A stretch of 63,225 nucleotides of DNA, counting the filler, from Octopus bimaculoides (lineage: Eukaryota), in the NCBI RefSeq assembly GCF_001194135.2. It is 8 parts of 7 records of this genome, joined end to end, with 100 filler letters (N's around TTAATTAATTAA, not from the genome) between each part and the next. Parts side by side here need not be neighbours in the genome. Positions count along the whole stretch, not along the records: positions 25,969 to 33,757 come from NC_068987.1; positions 33,858 to 42,491 come from NC_068997.1; 6 more parts are not named here. One strand, written 5' to 3'. The notes under the pieces were generated by a model, which saw only the letters and a list, made by a program, of their open reading frames with translations, was not told where the DNA came from and searched no databases. The position numbers and the translations under genes are program-made. Each line of letters opens with the position of its first letter. Positions within the stretch are counted from its first letter, which is position 1. Shown here in pieces: positions 27,636-39,395 of the stretch.

Positions 27636-27971
27636 ATATATTTTTTCTAAGCAAAATTTTCTAAGTGATAAATATGTGAAAGACAATTTACTTAATATTT
27701 ATTTTTCACTGACGTTATTACTGTTATTTCTTTATTTTCTGCAAACAAAGCGCACAAAAAAGCTACACGTTTGCATTATGTTATATATACAATAAAAATA
27801 AAGGATACTATCGTATATACGTTTACAAACCAAGGACGTTATATAGACCTCCTTGACTCAAGTTAGAGAAGGGGTGCGTATTATACGCAAGGTTTAGGTT
27901 TTTCAGAGGTACAGCCTTCTAAAAATCCTCTGCGTATTATACTCAAAGGCGGACTATACTCGAGGATTTAC

Positions 27972-27975
<4 letters not shown>
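27636..27975. mobile_element. End of a pogo/Tc2-like DNA transposon
   Basis: Terminus TATACTCGAGGATTTACGG|TA; subterminal GCGTATTATAC(G/T)CAA repeated twice; abuts (TA)n. Confidence 0.55.
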
Positions 27976-28010
<35 letters not shown>

Positions 28011-28019
28011 TAGGATAAA

Positions 28020-28663
28020 TTCTATATAAGAATTTATACATCCAGTTGCTGAAGGACAATTTGATACCAGATTTGGACGAAGGTGAGATTTTTCAGCATG
28101 ACAGAGTTCCATGCCACAGATCGCGTGCAACACAACAGAGTCTGGCTGATGAAGGTTTTACTGTATTGAAAGATTGGTCAGCTCAGAGCCCTGGCTTAAA
28201 TATCATCGAGCAAATGTGGACAGAACTAAAGAGAAGAGCTCTTCAGGAGAATTCACGCAAGGTCAGCCACAGAGAATGTACGCATCTCTTCCCAGGTGCA
28301 TTGAAGTAATTATTCAAGCCAAGGGAAGCCACACGAAATATTAACAATGTACAGTTATTTCTTGAAACGAACATTATGTGATGTAATAAATTTTCCTTAC
28401 AGACATTTTTCTGTTTCAAAACACTGTATCTTGATTGGTTTATGTGAAGTGGCCGAAAACTTTTGCACGGCCATTTTTGGTGATTGTCTCGCATCTTCCC
28501 CTCCCATTCAGAACCCCTACTACAAAATATAATGATTAGGTATGGAAATGACTCCAACAGGGCCAATATTTCATCTGTAAAAAAACGCAATGTGAAACAT
28601 CCACTTACAAGTTGGCAATTTACAATAGTTTAAAATGGCCGAAGACTTTTGCACGGTACTGTA
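28020..28663 (+). pseudogene. Tc1-family transposase 3' fragment with right TIR
   Basis: FQHDRVPCH...WSAQSPGLNIIEQMWTELKR and terminal IIQAKGSHTKY*; TIR ...CTTTTGCACGGTACTG|TA. Confidence 0.9.
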
Positions 28664-29132
28664 CGCACATTCACGTACCGCGCCTAACAAGAAGGAAGTT
28701 ATGCACCCAGAGAGTAACAGAAACTGAACACCAATGGTAAACAACCACACGTATTACATACAATACAGGCCAAGTACAACATGGGAGAGAAGAAAAGAAC
28801 TAATAANNNNNNNNNNNNNNNNNNNNNNNNNNNNNNNNNNNNNNNNNNNNNNNNNNNNNNNNNNNNNNNNNNNNNNNNNNNNNNNNNNNNNNNNNNNNNN
28901 NNNNNNNNNNNNNNNNNNNNNNNNNNNNNNNNNNNNNNNNNNNNNNNNNNNNNNNNNNNNNNNNNNNNNNNNNNNNNNNNNNNNNNNNNNNNNNNNNNNN
29001 NNNNNNNNNNNNNNNNNNNNNNNNNNNNNNNNNNNNNNNNNNNNNNNNNNNNNNNNNNNNNNNNNNNNNNNNNNNNNNNNNNNNNNNNNNGGGAGGGGGA
29101 AGGAAAGCGATATATATATATATATGCATACG

Positions 29133-29179
<47 letters not shown>

Positions 29180-29230
29180 GAACACACGTACACAGGCACA
29201 CACACGCACTCACACACACACACACACACA

Positions 29231-29266
<36 letters not shown>

Positions 29267-29280
29267 TACACACACAAGTA

Positions 29281-29517
29281 CAGGGTGAGCGTAAAGTCTG
29301 GATACATTGTCAAAAATGCATATTTCTCAATAATTTTAATCAGATCCATTAATAAATAACATTTTGAACATGGTTTCCACCATTTAATGATGCAAAATTC
29401 AATACCTTTTGCGGCGAGATCCGCGTTCACTGGATGCAATAACGACACATCTCCGTCAATTTCATCACATCCATTCGTCAAGCGTTCATTCACGTCATTC
29501 AGATCTTTATGGTCATT
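29281..29517 (-). pseudogene. mariner-like (maT/rosa type) transposase C-terminus with TIR
   Basis: TA|CAGGGTGAGCGTAAAG terminus; minus strand DLNDVNERLTNGCDEID...EFCI. Confidence 0.6.
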
Positions 29518-29547
29518 TACATACATCCATACATACATACATATATC

Positions 29548-29810
29548 ACAAGTTCAGGTTTATACCTGTAATTATTGGGGTCCTGGGATATGTAACACAC
29601 TGCCTAAATATCAATCTTGAGAAATTAGGCTTCTCAAAACCAGAAAGGAGAAAGCTAATTCGAAGTCTACGGATCCAATCCATCACTGGAACTGTTAAAA
29701 TCTATAAAACTTTCCGGAAGTTTATCATTTAAATATATATGAGCATGTCTAGATATGTAGCTACATGCATGAGAATACATACATAAAGCAAAATATACAA
29801 ATCTGCACAT
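29548..29810 (+). pseudogene. 3' end of an RLE-type (R4/Dong-like) non-LTR retrotransposon
   Basis: IPVIIGVLGYV...LEKLG...LRIQSITGTVKIYKTF matches the RLE-clade C-terminus; bounded by (CATA)n both sides. Confidence 0.65.
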
Positions 29811-30309
29811 ACATACATACATACATACATACATACATACATACATACATACATACACACATGTAAACAAAAATACTCTGTTGTTGATGTTGAAATTCCA
29901 ATGAAGGAACCTTGGATCTGGGTTAGAAACCGGTTCTTTCTCTATTGGCAAGAAATCTTGAAATAAATCTGAATAATGACATACATACATACACACATAC
30001 ACATACATACATAGATACATGCATACATTTCTTCCGGCTTTTTCATTCTGACCTCAAATCTCGCCGAGCTCAACTTTGCCTTTCGTCCATTCTGGATGAA
30101 AAAATGGGATTAAAAAATCCTGGCTGATATCAAGTAAGCACTCAGTGTAAAAGAATAAGGTTAAATTTCCAACAAGTAGATACCAGTAAATGTAAGTAGA
30201 ATACAAATCCCAGGTAAATCTTCATTTATGACAGGTAAATCCAACAATCCTTATACAGAATTTTCAAAAATTCAGAGTATTTTTAGTAACAACAAATAAT
30301 GTAGTAAAG

Positions 30310-30476
30310 ACGAATGTTGCTGTAATTTAGCCCCAGGAGACATCGTATCCAGCTGGTTATACGACACGATCTGTGTCCTTATATTTTTCGAACAAGGGAA
30401 TCTAGCACCCCCACTCAGCTCAAAACAATATCTGTGTATTGCGATTTCCGGGTTATTTCCCTTCATCAGCACAGAA
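30310..30476 (-). mobile_element. Non-coding repeat family E (putative Penelope-like terminal repeat), paralogue of 59950-60107
   Basis: Shared TTTAGCCCCAGGAG...CCAGCTGG...GTGTCC and GGGTTATTTCCCTTC. Confidence 0.65.
30431..30475 (-). ncRNA. Minimal type-I hammerhead ribozyme motif
   Basis: UCUGUG CUGAUGA AGGG aaauaa CCCG GAAA UCGCAA UA CACAGA: 6-bp stem I, intact core. Confidence 0.75.
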
Positions 30477-30824
30477 TAATTGTTCGGACCAAAGTACTGT
30501 TGCTGAATATCTCTCGTTGTGAGATTTAAAAATATTTTTTTCTAACAAATGATGTCTATGAAGACAATCATGTCTTTATTTTAGATCAGAGCCTAAGTAG
30601 CCAACAATTGTTTCAATTGTATTAACATATACATACATACATACGTACACACACACACATGCGCGCGCACACATACATACACACACACACAAACACATGT
30701 AAGATCCAGGGATCGAGGTGTAGGAAGAAAGTTAGCTTCAAGCAATCCGTAGTAAATATAAGAAAAAAACCCAACTTTCAGGGACGATAGTGGTTCATTG
30801 AAACGGAAGGTTACTCTTTTACTG

Positions 30825-31032
30825 TTTTATTTGTTTCAGCCATTTGATTGTGGCCATGCTGGAGCACCGCCTTTAGTCGAGCAAATCGACCCCAGGACTC
30901 ATTCTGTGTAAGCCTAGTACTTATTCTATCGGGGCTTTTTGCCGAACCGCTAAGTTACGGAGACGTAGACACACCAGCATCGGTTGTCAAGCGATGTTGT
31001 GGTGACAAACACAGACACACAAACATATACAT

Positions 31033-31073
<41 letters not shown>

Positions 31074-31232
31074 TATATACGACAGGCTTCCTTTAGTTTC
31101 CGTCTACCAAATCCACTCACAAGGCCTTGGTCGGCCCGAGGCTATAGTAGAAAACACTTGCCCAAGGTGCCACGCAGTGGGACTGAACCCGGAACCATGT
31201 GGTTGGTAAGCAAGCTACTTACCACACAGCCA
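30825..31232 (-). mobile_element. SINE family A
   Basis: Full-length reverse complement match. Confidence 0.9.
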
Positions 31233-31575
31233 TGTTGTGGATATTCCACGGTAGACGACCAGGGTTGCCGGGTATCCGAATAAGAATACAAGAGTTACGG
31301 AATGGAATTGGTGAGGTTCGGGCTGCATATGTTTCATAGAGGGTGGAACCTTAGAAATGGTAAAAATCCAAGTAAGGTGTATACTGTCGGTTACTCTTCA
31401 GGCTAAAGATATCTTGATTAAATTAAAGGTTACATTGTCGCAAGGAGGTACATATTGACGCATGGAAAATCCAATCAGAATGTGTAGAGAGCACAGTAGA
31501 AGAGGAGAATATAAATGTAGAGAGAAATAAGGATTAGAAGGAGAGAAAAAAAGAAAAAGGAAAACAGAAGAGAAT

Positions 31576-31729
31576 ATGGCTGTGTGGTTAGTAGCTTGCT
31601 TACCAACCACACCATTCCGGGTTCAGTCCCACTGCGTAGCACCTTAGGCAAGTGTCTTCTACTATAGCCTCGGGCCGACCAAAGCCTTGTGAGTGGATTT
31701 AGTAGACGGAAACTGAAAGAAGCCCGTCG

Positions 31730-31762
<33 letters not shown>

Positions 31763-31983
31763 GATGTGTGTGTGTATGTTTGTATCTGTGTTTGTCCCCC
31801 TAGCATTGCTTGACAACCGATGTTGGTGTGTTTATACCCCTGTCACTTAGCGGTTCGGCAAAAAGAGACCGACAGAATAAGTACTAGGCTTACAAAGAAT
31901 AAGTCCCGGGGTCGATTTGCTCGACTAAAGGCGGTACTCCAGCATGGCCACAGTCAAATGACTGAAACAAGTAAAAGAGTAAA
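31576..31983 (+). mobile_element. SINE family A
   Basis: Full-length match. Confidence 0.9.
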
Positions 31984-32887
31984 NNNNNNNNNNNNNNNNN
32001 NNNNNNNNNNNNNNNNNNNNNNNNNNNNNNNNNNNNNNNNNNNNNNNNNNNNNNNNNNNNNNNNNNNNNNNNNNNNNNNNNNNNNNNNNNNNNNNNNNNN
32101 NNNNNNNNNNNNNNNNNNNNNNNNNNNNNNNNNNNNNNNNNNNNNNNNNNNNNNNNNNNNNNNNNNNNNNNNNNNNNNNNNNNNNNNNNNNNNNNNNNNN
32201 NNNNNNNNNNNNNNNNNNNNNNNNNNNNNNNNNNNNNNNNNNNNNNNNNNNNNNNNNNNNNNNNNNNNNNNNNNNNNNNNNNNNNNNNNNNNNNNNNNNN
32301 NNNNNNNNNNNNNNNNNNNNNNNNNNNNNNNNNNNNNNNNNNNNNNNNNNNNNNNNNNNNNNNNNNNNNNNNNNNNNNNNNNNNNNNNNNNNNNNNNNNN
32401 NNNNNNNNNNNNNNNNNNNNNNNNNNNNNNNNNNNNNNNNNNNNNNNNNNNNNNNNNNNNNNNNNNNNNNNNNNNNNNNNNNNNNNNNNNNNNNNNNNNN
32501 NNNNNNNNNNNNNNNNNNNNNNNNNNNNNNNNNNNNNNNNNNNNNNNNNNNNNNNNNNNNNNNNNNNNNNNNNNNNNNNNNNNNNNNNATTCCTCCATGG
32601 CAAGATTTAATTTGTGTATACAAATTTAATTTGCGGTCCATGGGAAGAGCCGTTTTAACGATGCGTCCTGCCCAGCTCTTCGAAACGCCGGTGTTAAAAC
32701 GGGGGTAGCTGATGAAGTAGAATGTTCTCTATGTGGCTTGTGTGTTTTCTCGTCTACGTTTTGTTTGCAATGTCCTGTACCCAGATATGCACCTATACAT
32801 ACAGGTGGATGTCGGTACGCACATACCTGTACGTATATATGCATATACTCATTTACTATTTGTTTTTATATATATATATATATATAT

Positions 32888-32920
<33 letters not shown>

Positions 32921-32955
32921 CACATATACATACATATATATATATGCATAAAGAT

Positions 32956-32984
<29 letters not shown>

Positions 32985-32986
<2 letters not shown>

Positions 32987-33195
32987 GGGTGGCGAGTTGG
33001 CAGAGTCGTTAGCATGCTGGACGAAATGCTTATCGGTGTTTCGCGCGTCGCTACGTTCTGAGTTCAAATTTTGCCGAGGTCGGCTGTGTCTTTCATCCTT
33101 TCGGGGTCGATAAATTAAGTGCCAGTTGCGTACTGGAGTCGACCTAATCGACTGGACCCCACCCAATTCCAGGCATTTTGCCTTTAGTAGAAAGG
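32985..33195 (+). mobile_element. SINE family B
   Basis: Full-length, preceded by (ATT)n. Confidence 0.85.
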
Positions 33196-33389
33196 ATTAT
33201 TATTATTATTAATTTTAATAACATTGCCTATATGTATGCCTGCGCTTCATCTTCCTCATTCCATGCAGTAACGAGTTTCAGATCCGTGCTTGTATTCATA
33301 GCTTTGTGCGCCGCGTCATGCTATATGCACTTCTACACAACACTACACCTGCATCTAATGAAGAGGACTGCTTCACCGATCTGGGCTAC

Positions 33390-33757
33390 TGACCATCCCA
33401 CTGGACGCCAGTTCCTGGAAAGTTCCAAGCAGTTGATCATTTTGCAAGCATCTGCCAACGTGTTGTGGACCGGTTCACCTTTTGCAGACGTCTTCGACAT
33501 CTTAACATCTCCCCCGCCGAACTCTCGGCCTTCCCATGTCTCCAATGCCGCCAAGATATTATCATAAAACCAGCCGATAAGGATGGAGCCGTGGTGGTGT
33601 GGCGCGCAGACCTCTACAAGGCTGAAGCTCTCCGCCAAATCCAGACACCTCCTTCTACTGCCCTCTACCCCCCATCCCCACGCATGACTACGAACAGATT
33701 GGGTCCTCCACTATCCATGACCTCATTTCCTCCCCCGTCTCCCTCCCACCACCTCCA
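33390..33757 (+). pseudogene. Penelope-like element reverse transcriptase, N-terminal fragment
   Basis: WTPVPGKF.AVDHF...NISPAELSA...DIIIKPADKDGAVVVWRADLYKAEALRQI, the PLE 'IKPADKGGAVVV' signature. Confidence 0.85.
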
Positions 33758-34524
33758 NNNNNNNNNNNNNNNNNNNNNNNNNNNNNNNNNNNNNNNNNNN
33801 NTTAATTAATTAANNNNNNNNNNNNNNNNNNNNNNNNNNNNNNNNNNNNNNNNNNNNATATATACATATGAGCTGCAGTAAGTGTGTGTGTGTGCGTGCG
33901 TGTGTGAACAGTAGTGTGTATGTGTAATTATGCGTGTGTTTCATGTATATGTGTTACCCACATAGACACATAGACAAATAGACAATTGCACAAATAGACA
34001 CATTGACACATGGGCAGCTAGGTAAGCAGATGAATAGACCCATAGAAACAACTAAAAGTGTTGGCAACAGGAAAGGCATCCGGCTATAAAGTACGGTTTC
34101 AGAAGGAGGTGGCCGACGACGACGACGTCGACAACGGGCGATGACGACGACGATGATGACAACGACGAAGACAATGACCACGATGATGATGATGATGATG
34201 ACGACAACGACGATGATGATGACACCAACGCAAGTTGAGATGTGCATTGCATTTTTCTGTTTCAATCGGGTTGACAGATTATCGAGATTATCAAAATCAG
34301 CCAAATCCTCTTAACTCACATTAAATCATCGCCTGTTTATTACTGGTATAAGGATTTCTATTGTCAGTTATTACAATATGCTACGGACGCGTAAGACAAC
34401 ACTGAATGATGTTGGGTTGAGAGGTTTTCGTATTACCAACATTATAAACTTCCTTTTTGTTATTAGCAACAAGTATGACGAAATTAGCAATAAATTTGTC
34501 ATACCTAAGCATACTATATATTCT

Positions 34525-34735
34525 TTTCCACTCTAGGCACAAGGCCCGAAATTTTTGGGAAGGTGGCCAGTCGATTAGATCGACCCCAGTATGCAACTGG
34601 TACTTAATTTATCGACCCCGAAAGGATGAAAGGCGAAGTTGACCTCCGCGGAATTTGAACTCAAAACGTAAGGACAGACGAAATACCGCTAAGCATTTCG
34701 CCCGGCGTGCTAACGATTCTGCCAGCTCACCACTT
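34525..34735 (-). mobile_element. SINE family B
   Basis: Full-length reverse complement match. Confidence 0.9.
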
Positions 34736-35357
34736 TTCGCGGTGTGCTAATGTGGTGTGCCAGCTCGCCGCCCTAAGCATACTATATATTTTGCCAAATA
34801 AAAAAAAAATTCTCATACAAGGCTATGCCCCAAAATGGTCGCAGGCTAATGACTGAAACAAGTACAAGAATAAAAATTTTAAAAATCCATGGTTGTATAA
34901 ATACATGATGCAAGTCAACTCCTGACCGAGTAACACTACTTCCTAAAGACAGAAACTCTGAGCAACCGTTCCGAGAGTCCAAGAAGTTCCTACGTATGAA
35001 TTTGCTTTGAATGGATAAAGCGTTGCAAAGCACTGAAACCGTTTTCAGTGCTATCACCTGTAAAACCAGAAGCTACAAAAAACCGGTTGAGGGCAACTGC
35101 ACTTCAGGGTCGTTCTTTTTTTTAATGATTTTATCTTCTTTTAGAAAGAAGCTCTGAAGACATCTAGGGGTCTTTCTCTCATAGGGATTCACATACTATA
35201 TAACCCTTGGCTGGGATCCTAACAGGTGCTGTAACTCCGGGTCTGAGCAGACCAGGGAACAATAGTGGGTAAGGGGTGGTTCCATACACCTTGAAACTCT
35301 GGAACTTCCGTATCAGAGTCCAACTACCGGATGCAGTCTCAATTCACACCCAGGACA

Positions 35358-35396
<39 letters not shown>

Positions 35397-35414
35397 CATA
35401 CGCATGTACGAGAT

Positions 35415-35840
35415 CTGATCAATAACCCTAACCCTAAAACCGTAACCCTAACCCTAACTCTAAAACCCGATTCCTAACCCTAAAACCCTAAAGCTAAAAC
35501 CAGTACAAACGCACGAACGATATCATAAATAACCGTGCCGCCGATAGTTGTTGTTGACAAACAACGGCACTAATTTTATTCAAGGGAAAAGATCCCATTA
35601 CACCGCTAGAACGTGTTGTTTACATTCCACAGCAGTAATTGTTTTCACCTCAATAGACGTCAGTGATTGGTTGAAATTACCGAAATACAAATTTTAACAT
35701 GAAATAACTTCGAATATTAAAATTTTTCTCTGTTCTATAAGACAAAATATATAAGTATACGAAGTTTTAAAGTGTTTCGGTAGAAAATACACGAAATAAA
35801 ACATAAATAAAAAATGGCGCCCGCCAAATCAGAAAGATCC
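35415..35840. mobile_element. Half copy of the 50499-51061 element with degenerate (TAACCC)n block
   Basis: 35657-35840 matches the reverse complement of 50500-50685, ending AGATCC. Confidence 0.7.
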
Positions 35841-36609
35841 AATCCCCCTGTTATTGAATACATATATAAACATCAATTCATGGAATATTGGTGAAACATT
35901 TCCAAGAAAATTTCTGTCATGTGTAAACAAACCGCTATTGTTATTTGGGAGAGGAAAAAAAAAGTATATACCGCCATAGAGATCAGCTGATGTGAATATC
36001 CCTTTGAAAATCAAAGAGAAAGAAGCTAAATATGCACAACTGCTTTGAAACCTCTAGCTCCTGCAACCAGTTTATAAATTCACGTTTATACCAATAATTA
36101 CTGATGCACTTGGTTTTGTAAGTAAATGCACAAGTGACAATCTAGTTAAGCTGGGGTTTTCCGAAAAAGAAATCAGCCAGCTAATACGCACATTATAAAT
36201 ACACTCTGTAAGCGGAACAGTAAAAATATGCAAGACTTTTCTCAAGTTTGAAATGTGACTTCGTTTTTGTTATCTACATTCCAACGATGGAGCTTTGTAC
36301 CTTTGTTAGAAATCAGCTTATTCCTCAGAGGAAGAATTCAAATAATTAAAATCAGAAAGCGTATACATACATACATACATACATACATACATACATACAT
36401 ACATACATACAAACATAGACACACTGATACATACATACGTGTGTGTGTGATTGTGTTAAATCTGCAAGAAATTGCAGCCAAATCTCCTTCGAATGACACT
36501 TGTGCTGTCTCAAAATATATTGGTTAATGTAGTATTAGAACCACTGTACCAGAGAGGAAGGTCAAGCTGGTCACACCTTTAATTAAAACGTTTTTAATTA
36601 GGACTGACT

Positions 36610-36850
36610 TGGCGCTTGCAGAGATCTAAAAGGAGGCCCCTACGTGGTAGTTTCAAATGCTAGATATAGCAACTAACTCTCCCTTAATATCTCATCCTAC
36701 CGTCTCAGAAAAAGGGGCACGTTGGATAATGAAGTCCTGGTCAAAACAGTGTTTGAATAAAGAAGGTAGGATGGTCGTGTCTGGAACGTCTTTGATCACA
36801 GCCGATCTGTCGCGTGGATCATAGCTGAGCTTGGGCTAAACAAGAAGAAA
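36610..36850 (+). mobile_element. Repeat family D (SINE/LINE 3' tail); related pieces near 3810, 5290, 25620, 38465
   Basis: Shared GCTAGAAATAGCAGC..AAATC and GGATGGTC.TG.CTGGAA...GGGCTAAACAA. Confidence 0.55.
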
Positions 36851-36889
36851 TTCAAACTGCGTTGAGGACATCAGTTCGCTTTTAAAATG

Positions 36890-37432
36890 GTCGCTCTTGT
36901 TGTTGTTGTTGGTGGTGGTGGTGGTGGGAAGGGTAGTGGTAGAGAGGGTGGAATTGGTGGTGGTGGTGGTGGNNNNNNNNNNGTAGTGGTAGAGAGGGTG
37001 GAAATGGTGGTGGTGTGATTGTTGTTATTATTACTATTGTTGTTGTTTTGTGGTATTGTTATTGTTGTTGTTGTTGTCGCAGTTCTTGATGTCAGTGGTG
37101 CTGTTGTTGTTGTTAGGGTTGTCATTGCTGTTGCTGTTGATGCTGTTTGTCGTTTCTCACGTTGTTGTCGCTGTTGATGCTACTGTTGTTGTTGTCGTTG
37201 TTGCTGTTGTTGTTGTTGCTGCTGCAGCAGTAACCAGCAGCAGCAACAGCAGCAGCAGTACAACACCACCACTACTACCACCACCAAACCACCACCACCG
37301 CAACCACCACAACCACCACAACCACCACAACCACTACTACTACTACTGCTACTACTACTACTACTACTGCTGCTACTGTTGCTGCTGCTGCTACTACTAC
37401 TACTACTACTACTGCTACTGCTGCTGCTGCTG

Positions 37433-37469
<37 letters not shown>
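36890..37469. repeat. Trinucleotide microsatellites (GTT/GCT/CAC/TAC)n
   Basis: Direct reading. Confidence 0.9.
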
Positions 37470-38372
37470 NNNNNNNNNNNNNNNNNNNNNNNNNNNNNNN
37501 NNNNNNNNNNNNNNNNNNNNNNNNNNNNNNNNNNNNNNNNNNNNNNNNNNNNNNNNNNNNNNNNNNNNNNNNNNNNNNNNNNNNNNNNNNNNNNNNNNNN
37601 NNNNNNNNNNNNNNNNNNNNNNNNNNNNNNNNNNNNNNNNNNNNNNNNNNNNNNNNNNNNNNNNNNNNNNNNNNNNNNNNNNNNNNNNNNNNNNNNNNNN
37701 NNNNNNNNNNNNNNNNNNNNNNNNNNNNNNNNNNNNNNNNNNNNNNNNNNNNNNNNNNNNNNNNNNNNNNNNNNNNNNNNNNNNNNNNNNNNNNNNNNNN
37801 NNNNNNNNNNNNNNNNNNNNNNNNNNNNNNNNNNNNNNNNNNNNNNNNNNNNNNNNNNNNNNNNNNNNNNNNNNNNNNNNNNNNNNNNNNNNNNNNNNNN
37901 NNNNNNNNNNNNNNNNNNNNNNNNNNNNNNNNNNNNNNNNNNNNNNNNNNNNNNNNNNNNNNNNNNNNNNNNNNNNNNNNNNNNNNNNNNNNNNNNNNNN
38001 NNNNNNNNNNNNNNNNNNNNNNNNNNNNNNNNNNNNNNNNNNNNNNNNNNNNNNNNNNNNNNNNNNNNNNNNNNNNNNNNNNNNNNNNNNNNNNNNNNNN
38101 NNNNNNNNNNNNNNNNNNNNNNNNNNNNNNNNNNNNNNNNNNNNNNNNNNNNNNNNNNNNNNNNNNNNNNNNNNNNNNNNNNNNNNNNNNNNNNNNNNNN
38201 NNNNNNNNNNNNNNNNNNNNNNNNNNNNNNNNNNGGTGGTGGTGGTGGTGGTGGTGGTGGTGATTTACTCATTGCCACAAGGGCCACAGATGGAGTGCTG
38301 GGAATTGGGAAGGTAATATTACGAGAACAATGAAAGATGAGACTAAGGAGGAGGAGGAAGGGAAAAGGATGA

Positions 38373-38406
<34 letters not shown>

Positions 38407-39079
38407 GGTGGCGGTGGTGTTTCGTTGAAATTTTATCTTGTCACGTTTGTTTGCCACATTGTTTATTTGTTGTTGTTCTTTAACCCCAGGTCAATCCTGA
38501 TTGAGTCGATCTTATAGAGCGAAGAATCTCCTGTCAGGGGATCATCTCGTTTGCCTTGTTTTCTTTTTTTCCTACGTTGCAGGGGTGCAAAGGTAACAGA
38601 GGACTACAGTAATAAACAGCAGCATGGAATTTTTAGCGAGATTTTGGCTGCTGTTTCTGGAAGGCAGAGACATTACATATAGGTTTCCATGGTTCCTGTA
38701 GAGATGGTAGTGGTGGCAGTGTCATAAGCTCTACACACGCGCGCGCACGTGTGTATGTGAGTGTGTGTATTTGTGTGTATGTGTGTGTATTTGTGTGTGT
38801 GAAATTCGATGACTACTGTGTACATGTGTACNNNNNNNNNNTGCTGCTGCTGCTGTTGTTGGTAGTGGTTGCTGCTGCTGCTGCTGCTGTCACAACTGCT
38901 GCTGCTGCTGTAGTTGAGGCTATAGTAATGGGTGGTAGCGGTGGTGGTTGCATCCGTGTGTGTGAGAGAGTGTATGAGTGAGTGGGAAAGTCAACGAAAG
39001 TAGCAGCCGTGGCGTCTACGGGACGAAGCCATACCGGCTTCACTAATGAACAGGCGGCCAGGTAAGTTCCGTTCGGAAA

Positions 39080-39242
39080 ATGACATTGCATCGTCATCAT
39101 CGTCATCATTATCACCATCGTCATCGTCATCGTCATCATCATCATCAGCAGCAGCATCCTCACCATCATCATTTTCATGATAGCCACCGTCATAATTGTG
39201 GTGGTCGTTATCATCGCCAACTTCATCATCGACACAATCATC

Positions 39243-39285
<43 letters not shown>

Positions 39286-39307
39286 TAATAATGATAATAA
39301 TAATAAC

Positions 39308-39357
<50 letters not shown>

Positions 39358-39395
39358 TAATAATGATAATAATAATAACAATAATAATAATAATA
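39080..39395. repeat. (CAT)n/(AAT)n microsatellite
   Basis: Direct reading. Confidence 0.9.

Noticed and set aside
32649-32715. Hammerhead or Helitron end from CCGTTTTAAC/GTTAAAACGG stem
   Set aside because: Core lacks CUGANGA in position, the cleavage-site base would be G, and there is no CTAG terminus; part of a repeat also seen near 12540-12680
35418-35500. True telomere
   Set aside because: Short, degenerate, interstitial and part of a MITE-related repeat
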